This document shows, piece after piece, positions 19,679 through 28,643 of a stretch of DNA of 64,000 nt; within the stretch, counting starts at the first letter, position 1, and each line of letters starts with the position of its first letter. The stretch lies in the NCBI GenBank assembly GCA_963732075.1, contig CAVSYD010000003.1, forward strand, positions 1,017,770-1,081,769, written 5' to 3'. Both the position numbers and the translations under genes were made by a program. Source of the DNA: an uncultured Actinomycetes bacterium (GTDB lineage Bacteria > Actinomycetota > Thermoleophilia > Gaiellales > JAICJC01). The notes beneath the pieces were generated by a model, which was not told the DNA's origin, made no database searches, and was given only the letters and a program-made list of their open reading frames with translations.

Positions 19679-20050
19679 TCAGTTGGTGCGGTCTTCGCCC
19701 GTCAGGTGCTCGATCCCGGAGCGAAGTCGGCTCGTGCGCGATGCGCTCTCGGGCTCGATGATCGCGCTCTCGGGCGGGTCATGCAGCGGCAGGTGCTTCG
19801 CCTCGTCGGCGGTGATGGTGAGCGTGACGAGCTCGGCATCGTCGATCACGCCGACCTGCGATGCCTCGACGTAGTGCGGCCGGTCTGCGTAGTTGTGGAA
19901 CGCAAACCCGCCGTGATGGGTGATGGCCAGGCCGTCGAAGATGTCCTCGTTCTCGTCGCCGACGACGAGGAAGACCACGCCCACGTGCTCACCGTCACTG
20001 GACGACACCTTCCAGCCGTGCTCGATCACCTTCCACGAAACCGCGGTCAC
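19679..20050 (-). CDS. Hypothetical PRC-barrel/DUF2171-like protein
   Basis: GWKVSSSDGEHVGVV; leaderless-type TACGAT-N6-GTG. Confidence 0.65.
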   Translation of the reverse strand: MTAVSWKVIEHGWKVSSSDGEHVGVVFLVVGDENEDIFDGLAITHHGGFAFHNYADRPHYVEASQVGVIDDAELVTLTITADEAKHLPLHDPPESAIIEPESASRTSRLRSGIEHLTGEDRTN

Positions 20051-20072
20051 GGGTGGATCGTAGCGAGGATCG

Positions 20073-20735
20073 CTACGTGTGCTTCCAGACGGTCTGGTAC
20101 AGCACCCATGCGGTCTTGGCCGGGTCGTAGCGGTAGTTGCGGATGAGGAGCTGGCTCGGGCAGCACACCGGCTCCGAGGCGGTGCGCTCACCCTGGACGA
20201 GGTGCACCTCGAGGCCCGGGGTCGCCGCCTTCACGAGGTTCTCCATCGACACGTTCGCGAAGTCGTAGAAGAAGCGGTGGCCGTTGTGAATCAAGACCGG
20301 GTAGGGCGGCGAGTACGACCAGTAGCGGATCCGCCCGCTGCCGTTCCAGCCGCGGATGCCGGCCGAGACGGGGACGCTCCCGGCGCCGCCGTCGAACCCG
20401 TGGTAGAAGATCTCGGGCCGGCCCTGCGCGTTCAGGTCGCCGATCTGCACCCAGCGCGGGAACAGGTGCTCGAGCATCGGGCTGATCCGGGCGGTGACCG
20501 TGTGGCCGCCGACGGAGTCGACCACCTCGAGCCAGTGCTCCCTGATCGGCACCGTGCCGCCGAACGGGTTCGGCTTCAGCGCGAGCATCAGCTGCACCTT
20601 CTCGACGTGCGCGTCGCCGTCGAGGTTCACCCGCCAGACGTGCACGACAGTCGGCGCCGCCGCAGTCGCCGACGCCTGGCCGGGAAGCCCGACCACGACG
20701 CCCAGAACCATTGCCAGAATGACCGCTCGCCGCAC
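20073..20735 (-). CDS. Secreted hypothetical protein
   Basis: Signal peptide ending ASA; C-terminal VCCPS motif. Confidence 0.7.
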   Translation of the reverse strand: MRRAVILAMVLGVVVGLPGQASATAAAPTVVHVWRVNLDGDAHVEKVQLMLALKPNPFGGTVPIREHWLEVVDSVGGHTVTARISPMLEHLFPRWVQIGDLNAQGRPEIFYHGFDGGAGSVPVSAGIRGWNGSGRIRYWSYSPPYPVLIHNGHRFFYDFANVSMENLVKAATPGLEVHLVQGERTASEPVCCPSQLLIRNYRYDPAKTAWVLYQTVWKHT

Positions 20736-20775
20736 GGCCCGGAGTATGCCAGCCGCGGCGCGCGGAGCACGCAGC

Positions 20776-20810
20776 CTCCCGCCCGGTGGAGAAATGCCAC
20801 CGGGCGGGAG
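20776..20810. terminator. 14-bp hairpin, probable terminator
   Basis: CTCCCGCCCGGTGG-7 nt-CCACCGGGCGGGAG just downstream of the 20825 stop. Confidence 0.65.
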
Positions 20811-20824
20811 CGCGGACTGTCAGG

Positions 20825-21937
20825 TCAGTGCAGCAGGTCGAGCTGGTTGGTCGCGTCGTCCACGTAATAGACGGCGCGGTGCCCCGGCTTGATCGCGAGG
20901 CCGAAGAGCGCGCCCGAGCCCGGGGGCGAGCCCGACGTGTCGAGCCAGCGCACCGCGATCTGGCGGCCCTGCGGGGTCGTCTCGAGCAGGCGGCCGTCGC
21001 CCGCGTTCACGGTCAGGATGTCTCCGCCCGGCGCCACGATCAATCCCAACGGGACGTTCAGCGCGCCGTTTCGCGTGACGGTGCGGCCCATCCAGACCGC
21101 ATGGTGACGGGTGAGGGCCTGCGACACCGCGGCGATACGGTTGCCGACGCTGTCTGCCACGTACAGCGTCCCCGACCGGCCGAGCGCCAGCCCGGTCGGC
21201 CCCACCACCAGGGCGGCGGGATCGCTGTGCTCACCGAACCCGCGCGCGATCACGCGCTCGGACGTCATCTGCGGAATCCCGTGCCAGCCGCTGGTCAGGC
21301 CGATGCGAAGGACGGTGCCGCGGTTGACGGTCGCCCCGCCGGCCGCGACGGTGCCGTTCAGCACGTTGCTGACGAACAGCGTCACACCGTGCGGTCCGGC
21401 GACGGTCGCCATGTCCCACGGGCCGTTGATCGGCCCGCCGGCCATCGTCTCGACCGCCTTGCCGTGGCTGTTGAGCACGATCAGGCAGCCGGCCTTCGCG
21501 GTCGCCGACGTGCCGTCGGCGGTCGGCAGGCTGCCGACGATCACCCAGCCGCTGCGAAGCACGCCCAGGGCCGTCGTGAGGCCGACGCCGCCGGGGCAGC
21601 TGCCCGGGAGCATCCCGGCGTTCAGCGTCGCGAACGTCGTGCGGTGCCCGGACGGGCTGATCTGGACGATCGTGGTGCCGGTGCCCTGGGTGTTATTGCT
21701 CGCGTTGAAGTTCGACACCAGGACATCGCCGGCGTGCAGGCGTCCGGTCGACCGACCGACCACGGCAACTCCGTAGGGGTTCACGTCGCCATTCGCCGGC
21801 ACCGTCGACGCCAGCACCGACAGCGTGTGCAGCGGGCCGACGAAGGCCCGCATCGCCCCCTGGGCGGCCGTTGCCCCCACACACATCACGGCCACGGCAG
21901 CGACCGCCGCGACCCGCATGAGCCGTCCTCTTCCCAT
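20825..21937 (-). CDS. Secreted NHL-like beta-propeller protein
   Basis: Signal peptide; NPYGVAV, GPWDMA, GPTGLAL..TLYVAD, VPLGLIVAP repeats. Confidence 0.75.
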   Translation of the reverse strand: MGRGRLMRVAAVAAVAVMCVGATAAQGAMRAFVGPLHTLSVLASTVPANGDVNPYGVAVVGRSTGRLHAGDVLVSNFNASNNTQGTGTTIVQISPSGHRTTFATLNAGMLPGSCPGGVGLTTALGVLRSGWVIVGSLPTADGTSATAKAGCLIVLNSHGKAVETMAGGPINGPWDMATVAGPHGVTLFVSNVLNGTVAAGGATVNRGTVLRIGLTSGWHGIPQMTSERVIARGFGEHSDPAALVVGPTGLALGRSGTLYVADSVGNRIAAVSQALTRHHAVWMGRTVTRNGALNVPLGLIVAPGGDILTVNAGDGRLLETTPQGRQIAVRWLDTSGSPPGSGALFGLAIKPGHRAVYYVDDATNQLDLLH

Positions 21938-22107
21938 GGTGCCCCCCTTGTTGGCAGGCCGCGCGCGATCGCGCTCACCCCCCGCCGCACGCACCGATGC
22001 ATGCGCCCCAGGGCCGGCCTCGAAGCACCCTATGTCCGACCGTACGTGGCCTGGATCACAAACAGGGGGAGGCGACCGCCTGTGGTGGCGGGGACTACAT
22101 TCTCGTC

Positions 22108-23373
22108 ATCAACGCCGCGCCCGCACCCACCGTCCTGCACCTGTCGCTGATCGTCGGCGGGGTGCTGCGCGACCGAAACGGCGAGCGCCTGGGCAAGGTC
22201 GACGACCTGCTGGTGCGGCTCGGCGAGGACTACCCACCCGTCACGGGGGTGCTGGCCGCGGTGGCCGGGCGGCCGGTGTTCGTCCCCGCCGACCAGGTGG
22301 CCGAGATCGGCCACGGCCGCGTCGACCTGCACGCCGAGAAGATCGACCTGCAGCGGTTCGAGCGCCGCCCGGGCGAGGTCCTGCTGAAGAAGGACGTGCT
22401 CGACCGCCAGTTGATCAACATCGACGGCGCCCGGCTGGTGCGCGCGAACGAGATCGAGATCGCGCGCATCGAGGGCTGGTACCGGGTGGTGGGGGTCGAG
22501 ACCGGGCTGCGGGGCATCCTGCGCCGGGTCGCCCCGCGCCGCCTCGGGGCCAACATGGCCTCGACGGAGTTCCTCGACTGGGCGAGCGTCGAGGCATTCA
22601 CCGGACACGTGCCGAGCGTGCGCCTGCGCATCCCCCACCCCAAGCTCGCCCGCCTGCACCCGGCCCAGCTGGCGGATCTGGTCGAGGCGGCGTCGCACAA
22701 CGAGGGCGAGGAGATCATGCGGGCGGTCGGCTCGAACGAGGAGCTCGAGGCCGACGTCTTCGAGGAGCTCGACGCGCAGCACCGGCGTGAGTTCATCGAG
22801 GAACGCTCGGACGCCGAGGTGGCCGCGCTGCTCGAGCGGATGGAGACCGACGATTCGGTCGACCTCCTCGGCGACCTGCCCGACGATCGCCGCGAACAGG
22901 TCATGAAGCTGCTGCCCGCCGTCCAGCGCCGCCGCGTCCGCGCGTTGGCGGGCTATGACCCCGCCACCGCCGGCGGCCTCATGAGCCCCGAGTTCGTGTG
23001 CCTCTACGCGCAGGCGACCAAGGAGGAGGCGATCGCCCGGATCGAGCGCAGCCGGGCGCCGGCCGACACGCTGGCGTGGGTGTACGTGATGAACCTCGAC
23101 CGCCGCCTCAAGGGCGCGATTGCGCTCGCCGACCTGCTGCGGTCGGATCCCGCGCTCAGCGTCGGTGAGGTGGCGACCTTCCTGCCGCCCAAGGTGACCG
23201 CCGAGGCGGACATCGAGGAGATCGCGCGGCTGATGACCGACTACGACCTCACCGTCGTGCCGGTGGTGGACGAGCGCGATCAGATCATGGGCGTCGTCAG
23301 CGTCGACGACGTGCTCGAGATGGTGCTGCCGCGCGGCTGGCGGCGGCGTTTCGACGTCCTCGGCAGCGAGTAG
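22108..23373 (+). CDS. MgtE cytosolic-domain protein (PRC barrels + MgtE_N + CBS pair), no membrane domain; start uncertain
   Basis: LGKVDDLLV, LHPAQLADL, TAGGLMSPEF, VPVVDE..GVVSVDDVL. Confidence 0.85.
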   Translation: MNAAPAPTVLHLSLIVGGVLRDRNGERLGKVDDLLVRLGEDYPPVTGVLAAVAGRPVFVPADQVAEIGHGRVDLHAEKIDLQRFERRPGEVLLKKDVLDRQLINIDGARLVRANEIEIARIEGWYRVVGVETGLRGILRRVAPRRLGANMASTEFLDWASVEAFTGHVPSVRLRIPHPKLARLHPAQLADLVEAASHNEGEEIMRAVGSNEELEADVFEELDAQHRREFIEERSDAEVAALLERMETDDSVDLLGDLPDDRREQVMKLLPAVQRRRVRALAGYDPATAGGLMSPEFVCLYAQATKEEAIARIERSRAPADTLAWVYVMNLDRRLKGAIALADLLRSDPALSVGEVATFLPPKVTAEADIEEIARLMTDYDLTVVPVVDERDQIMGVVSVDDVLEMVLPRGWRRRFDVLGSE

Positions 23374-23421
23374 CTGGTATCGTCGGCCGCATGCCGACGT
23401 CGCAGCAAAGGGCACTCGTAG

Positions 23422-24741
23422 ATGGCGGGCCGAGTATCTCCTCTCAGGACGCTGCGCACCCGGCTGCTTCGCGGCGGCTCCGAGCTACCGCGCAACTGGC
23501 TTAGCCGCCGCAGCACACGCCTGCTGGCGGTCGTCGGGTTCCTCGGGCCCGGCCTGATCGCCGCGAATGCCGGCAACGACGCCGGCGGCATCGCGACCTA
23601 TTCGACGGTCGGCGCCCGCTACGGCTACGACCTGCTGTGGATGATGGTGGTGATCACCGTCTCGCTGGTGGTCGTGCAGGAGATGGCGGCCCGGATGGGC
23701 GCGGTCACCGGCAAGGGACTCGCCGAGCTGATCCGCGAGCAGTACGGCGTGCGCTGGTCGCTGTTTGCAACCACGTCGGTGCTGATCGCGAACGTCGGCA
23801 TCTGCATCTCGGAGTTCGTCGGCATCGGCGCCGCCCTGAGCCTGGCCGGGATCCCGCCCCAGCTGTCGGTGCCGGTGGCGGCGGTCGGCGTGTGGCTGCT
23901 CCTGATCCGTGGCTCCTACAAGGCGGCCGAGCGGATCTTCGTCCTGATGACGATCCCGTTCTTCGCCTACCCGATCGCCGCGATCCTCGCCCGGCCCGAC
24001 TGGGGCGATGTCGGGAAGGCCGTCATCGCACCCCAGATCCACCTGACACACGCGTATCTCTTCATCTTCATCGCCACCGCCGGCACGACCATCACGCCGT
24101 TCATGCAGCTCTACGTGCAGTCCGCCGTGGTCGAGCGCGGCGTCGGCACCGACGAGCTGAACGCCGAGCGGGCCGAGGTGACGACCGGCTCGATCTTCGC
24201 GAACCTGGTGGCGAGCTTCATCATCATCGCCACCGGCGCCACCCTGTTCCTGCACGGCGTGCACAACATCTCGACGGCGTCGCAGGCCGCGCAGGCGCTG
24301 GAGCCGTTCGCCGGCCGCTACGCCGAGTTCCTGTTCGCGGTCGGATTGCTGGGCGCGAGCCTGCTGGCCGCGGCGATCCTGCCGGTGACCGCCGCCTACG
24401 TGGTCGCCGAGACGTTCGGGTTCGAGAAGGGGATGAGCCACCGCATCCACGAGGCGCCGGTGTTCGTCGCGGTCATCAGCGTGCTGATCGGGATCGGGAC
24501 CGTTGTCGCCGTCATCCCCGGCCTCCCCGTGATCGCGCTGCTGGTCGGTGTCCAGGTCGTGAACGGCGCCCTGCTGCCCGTGCTCCTGGTGTTCATCTGG
24601 CGGCTCGCGAGCAGCCGCGAGCTGATGGGCGATTACCGCAACGGCCGGATCTTCAACATCATCGCCGGGCTGACGGTGGTGGCGACATCGGCCCTCTCGA
24701 TCACGCTGCTCGTCGTCACGATCGGCGCCGCCTTCTCATGA
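23422..24741 (+). CDS. NRAMP-family divalent cation transporter, Mg2+-type (NRMT-like)
   Basis: GPGLIAANAGNDAGGIATY, TGKGLAELIRE, GTTITPF. Confidence 0.88.
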   Translation: MAGRVSPLRTLRTRLLRGGSELPRNWLSRRSTRLLAVVGFLGPGLIAANAGNDAGGIATYSTVGARYGYDLLWMMVVITVSLVVVQEMAARMGAVTGKGLAELIREQYGVRWSLFATTSVLIANVGICISEFVGIGAALSLAGIPPQLSVPVAAVGVWLLLIRGSYKAAERIFVLMTIPFFAYPIAAILARPDWGDVGKAVIAPQIHLTHAYLFIFIATAGTTITPFMQLYVQSAVVERGVGTDELNAERAEVTTGSIFANLVASFIIIATGATLFLHGVHNISTASQAAQALEPFAGRYAEFLFAVGLLGASLLAAAILPVTAAYVVAETFGFEKGMSHRIHEAPVFVAVISVLIGIGTVVAVIPGLPVIALLVGVQVVNGALLPVLLVFIWRLASSRELMGDYRNGRIFNIIAGLTVVATSALSITLLVVTIGAAFS

Positions 24742-24770
24742 ATAACCGGTGCCTGGCACCGGTTATTCAT
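24738..24770. repeat. Perfect 16-bp inverted repeat with GGTGCCTGGCACC core, at a convergent gene junction
   Basis: ATGAATAACCGGTGCC-T-GGCACCGGTTATTCAT. Confidence 0.75.
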
Positions 24771-25435
24771 CCGCGTCCCACTTGGGGTGGTGGCGGCGGG
24801 CCCAGTCGCGCCGCACCGTGCCCAGAACCATGCCGCGGAGCGAGTGGCGGGTGGACGGGTTCACCAGGGCCAGGTACAGGTGGCCGGCGATCAGCGGCAC
24901 CGCCACCCACGTGGCGATGTCGTGCACCAGGATCGCGCTCGTGCGGCCGCGCACGGCGGCGTCGGTCTCCTGCAGATAGATCAGCACACCGCTTACGGTG
25001 AACACCACCATCAACCCGGCCACCAGCGCGGCGTTCAGCTTCTGGCCGGCGTTGAACCTGCCCCGCGGGGGGCTCGGGCCCGCGCCGCGCGACGGCCCAG
25101 CCGAGCCAGCGCAGGTCGTCGTCGTCGAAGCGGTCGAACTCGCGCGCGGTGCGGTGCAGGCGGCCGGTCGTGTCGCTCAGGAGCAGCAGCACCAGACCGG
25201 CCCAGAACGCGATCGCGGCGCCCAGGTGGATCGACTTCCACAGCCTGCGGTTGGCGGCCAGCTCGGCGAACACGGGCAGGTACAGGATCAGCCCGGTTGC
25301 GAGCATGGTCAGAAACGTCGCCGCCAGCAGCCAGTGCAGCGAGCGCTCCTCGGGCCCGAACCGGCGCACGTACCGGGGCGCCGGCCCGACCGGGTCAGTA
25401 GCCGTTGGAGCGGCCGACCCAGGCATCGACGTCAT
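24763..25435 (-). CDS. Cytochrome b/b6-type membrane subunit (FdnI-like), indel near 25065; start uncertain
   Basis: ERSLHWLLA, SIHLGAA, FNAGQKLN, LVHDIAT..IAGHLY heme-ligand His pattern. Confidence 0.8.
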
Positions 25436-26075
25436 ACCCGTTTTGCTCCCAGAAGCCCGGATGCAGCTTGGGCACGAGCTCGATCCGGTGCACCCACTTC
25501 ACGTTCTTGTAGCCGTACATCTCGGGGATCACGACCCGCAGCGGCGCCCCGTGCGCCCGTGACAGCGGCGCACCGTTCATCGTATGGGCGAGCATCACCT
25601 CGGGCAGGGTCGACTGCTTCAGCGAGAGCGTGTCGACGTACTCGCGCTCCATCGAGACGAAGTTGACGTACCGCGCCGTGGGGAGCGGCTCGACCAGATC
25701 CCACAGCGTCTGCATCCGCACGCCCTTCCAGTGCACGTTGCCCACCGTCCAGCCGGTGACGCAATGGAACGTGCTCGTCTGGGCGACGGCCGGCAGCGCC
25801 CGCACGTCCGACCACTCGAGGGTGACCGGCTTCTTGACGTGGCCGACGATCTCGAGCTTGTAGCTCGTCGGGTGGAACGTCGGCCACGGCGGGTTGATGG
25901 CGTAGATGCGCCAGCCCGACGGAAACACGTCCTTGATCGCGTTCGGCACGACGGAGCCCGCGTCGGCCAGCGGCCCCGAGAGCGACCGCGTGATCCGTCC
26001 GCCGAAGAGGAGGCCGACGCCGCCCGCCGCGACCACGGACAGGAACGCACTGCGGCCGAGTTTCCACTCACCCAT
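25395..26075 (-). CDS. Molybdopterin-dependent oxidoreductase (sulfite oxidase/MsrP-like)
   Basis: FHCVTGW, HGAPLRVVIPEMYGYKNVKW, GFWEQNGY. Confidence 0.9.
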   Translation of the reverse strand: MGEWKLGRSAFLSVVAAGGVGLLFGGRITRSLSGPLADAGSVVPNAIKDVFPSGWRIYAINPPWPTFHPTSYKLEIVGHVKKPVTLEWSDVRALPAVAQTSTFHCVTGWTVGNVHWKGVRMQTLWDLVEPLPTARYVNFVSMEREYVDTLSLKQSTLPEVMLAHTMNGAPLSRAHGAPLRVVIPEMYGYKNVKWVHRIELVPKLHPGFWEQNGYDVDAWVGRSNGY

Positions 26076-26186
26076 GCACGCAGTATCGGCCGCGCGCCAC
26101 CGCGCGGCCACGAGTGCAGGCACATGTTTGGCTTATCGCAAGGAACCGGAACGGGCCGGAACCTCGCGTTTGGCTACCCTGGACAC

Positions 26187-26879
26187 ATGGCGACCGCCCC
26201 TGCGCCGCGCGTGCTCATCGTCGATGACGAGCCGGTGGTGCGAGACGTGCTCACCCGCTATCTCACCCACGAGGGATTCGAGGTCGACACCGCCGCCGAC
26301 GGCCACGCCGCCCTGCGCACGATCGAGGGCTGGTCACCCCACGTGATCCTGCTCGACCTGATGCTGCCCAAGCTCTCGGGGCTCGAGCTGCTGCGGCTGG
26401 TGCGGCTCGACAACGCGGTGCCCGTGATCATCCTCTCCGCCAAGGTGAGCGAGCAGGACCGCATCGCCGGCCTCGAGCTGGGCGCGGACGACTACGTCGT
26501 CAAGCCGTACTCGCCCGGCGAGGTGGTGGCCCGGGTGCGGGCGGTGCTGCGGCGGAGCGGGCCTGACGCCGACGCGCCGGCGCGGCTCGAGTTCGGCGAG
26601 CTCGTCATCGACCCGGTGCGGCGCGAGGTCAGCCGCAACGGCGAGGTCGTCCGCACCACCCGCAAGGAGTTCGAGCTCCTGCTGCTCCTGGCCTCGCACC
26701 CGGGCCGCGCCTTCACCCGCAGCGAGCTCGTGGAGTCGGTGTGGGGATACGTGTGGAGCGGCGACACCGAGACGGTGACGGTGCACGTCCGCCGGCTGCG
26801 GACCAAGATCGAGGACGACCCGTCGGCACCCCGCCGGCTCGTGACGGTGCACGGCGTCGGCTACCGGTTCGAGGCATGA
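26187..26879 (+). CDS. OmpR-family response regulator
   Basis: LIVDDE, LLDLMLP, GADDYVVKP, VHVRRLRTK, GVGYRF; TACCCT-N6-ATG. Confidence 0.93.
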   Translation: MATAPAPRVLIVDDEPVVRDVLTRYLTHEGFEVDTAADGHAALRTIEGWSPHVILLDLMLPKLSGLELLRLVRLDNAVPVIILSAKVSEQDRIAGLELGADDYVVKPYSPGEVVARVRAVLRRSGPDADAPARLEFGELVIDPVRREVSRNGEVVRTTRKEFELLLLLASHPGRAFTRSELVESVWGYVWSGDTETVTVHVRRLRTKIEDDPSAPRRLVTVHGVGYRFEA

Positions 26880-27994
26880 GCGAGACCGTCCGGCTGATCG
26901 CCCTGGTGGCACCGATCGCGGTGACCACGTTCGTCACGTCGCTCCTGGCCCAGCGCCTGGTCACGCGCGCGAGGCTGGCCTACATGCTGGTCGCGATCGC
27001 CGTGATCGCGTCGCTCGTCACCGTCGCGGACGTCCTCGTGCTGAGCCACTTCATGCTCGTGAACCCCGGCAATCCCACCGAGCTCGTGTCGGTCGCGCTC
27101 TACTCGGTGACGGCCGGAGTCGCGGCCGCTCTCATCGTCGGCCGCTCGAACACGCGCGCCCTCGCCCGGCTCGTCGCGACCGCCCGCGCCCTCGGCGAGA
27201 ACCGCCTCGACGCCCGCGCGGGTGAACTGCGCGCCGGCCCGGAGCTGCGGCTGCTGGCCGCGACGCTCGACCAGGCCGCCGCGCGCCTGGCGGCCAGCAT
27301 CGAGGCCGAGCGGTCGATCGAGTCGCAGCGGCGCGACCTGATGACGTCGATCTCGCATGACCTGCGCACACCGCTCGCCAACCTGCGCGCGATGGTCGAG
27401 GCCGTCGACGACGGCATCGTTGACGACGCCGACACGATCGCCCGCTACACCGTCGAGATGCGGCGGTCGGTGATGGCGCTCGTGGAGATGGTCGACGACC
27501 TGTTCGAGCTGGCGCAGATCGACGCGGCGGAGTTCGCGCGCGACACGCGGGCGATGCCTCTGGCCGACGCCGTTCAGAGCGCGCTTGATCTGTGCGGGCC
27601 GGAGGCGGCCGAGAAGCGGATCGCGATCGACGTCGACCTGGGAGCGGCCGACCACAACCCCTGCTCGCCCAAGCTCGCCCGGGTCGTGCACTCGCTGCTC
27701 GACAACGCCGTGCGCTACACGCCGCCCGGCGGCCGCGTGTCGATCCGCGCCGCGACGGCCGGCGACGGCCTGCACCTCACGGTGCAGGACAGCGGCCCGG
27801 GCATCCCCGCCGAGGAGTTGCCGCGCGTATTCGAGGCGTTCTGGCGGGCCGACCCGGCCCGCTCGACCCGCGGCTCGGGACTCGGTCTGACGCTGGCCAA
27901 GCGGATCGTCGAGGCGCTCGGCGGGCGCATCGAGGCCTCGAGCGGCCCCGACCGGGGCTCGCGCTTCGACGTCTCCGTGCCGACCCGCGCGTAG
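26876..27994 (+). CDS. Sensor histidine kinase (HAMP, HisKA, HATPase)
   Basis: ISHDLRTPL, LLDNAVRYT, DSGPGI, GSGLGL. Confidence 0.93.
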   Translation: MSETVRLIALVAPIAVTTFVTSLLAQRLVTRARLAYMLVAIAVIASLVTVADVLVLSHFMLVNPGNPTELVSVALYSVTAGVAAALIVGRSNTRALARLVATARALGENRLDARAGELRAGPELRLLAATLDQAAARLAASIEAERSIESQRRDLMTSISHDLRTPLANLRAMVEAVDDGIVDDADTIARYTVEMRRSVMALVEMVDDLFELAQIDAAEFARDTRAMPLADAVQSALDLCGPEAAEKRIAIDVDLGAADHNPCSPKLARVVHSLLDNAVRYTPPGGRVSIRAATAGDGLHLTVQDSGPGIPAEELPRVFEAFWRADPARSTRGSGLGLTLAKRIVEALGGRIEASSGPDRGSRFDVSVPTRA

Positions 27995-27998
27995 GCGG

Positions 27999-28643
27999 TC
28001 ACGAGCCGCCGGCAGGCTCCAGCTCGGCCGCGATCATCCCGGCGCAGATCTCGAGCATGCGGCTGCGCGACATCCAGGGATCGCCGAGGACGACCGACTT
28101 CCCCAGGCCATCGATGAGCGCGCACAGGCGGACGGCAAAGTCGTGCGCATCCACGCCGGGTGAGACCTCGCCCACCGCCTGCCCGCGCTCGACGATGCGC
28201 GCATACGCCGTCAGCCAGTGTCCCTCCAGCTCGCGCCGGTGGGCATCGACGGTTGGATTGCGTGGTGACCGAGCCCACACGTCGAGCCAGAGGAGCCACT
28301 GGCTGTGCGGCTCCTCGGTGGGATCCGAGGGCATCCCGAGCTCGATCAGCCGGAGCAGCCGGGCATGGGCGGTCGGCTCATGCTCCGTCTCGCGAAGGGC
28401 GTGGTCGAGAAAGCCGTCGTTGGCGAATCGCAGCGCCTCGATCAGCATCTCTTCGAGCGTCGCGAAGTAGTACATGACGTTCCCGGGACTCATGCCGGCG
28501 CGGTCGGCAATGTCGCTGACACGCGTGTCAGAGAGGCCGCGTTCGCAGATCGCAGCGATCGCCGCCTCGAGCACCCGCTCGCGTCTTGCCGCGCTCCTCC
28601 GCCTGGGCCGCGCGGCGGAGTCGTCCGTCGTCAGCGGATCCAC
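27999..28643 (-). CDS. TetR family regulator
   Basis: VLEAAIAAICERG...VSDIADRAGMSPGNVMYYF. Confidence 0.88.
   Translation of the reverse strand: MDPLTTDDSAARPRRRSAARRERVLEAAIAAICERGLSDTRVSDIADRAGMSPGNVMYYFATLEEMLIEALRFANDGFLDHALRETEHEPTAHARLLRLIELGMPSDPTEEPHSQWLLWLDVWARSPRNPTVDAHRRELEGHWLTAYARIVERGQAVGEVSPGVDAHDFAVRLCALIDGLGKSVVLGDPWMSRSRMLEICAGMIAAELEPAGGS

Noticed and set aside
18842-20146. 434-aa ArsR fusion protein
   Set aside because: A frameshift read-through across the separate SRPBCC gene; the true ArsR ends at 19215
21940-22100. M-box (ykoK) riboswitch upstream of the Mg transport genes
   Set aside because: No recognisable conserved motif, and a -10 box sits directly before the gene, leaving no leader
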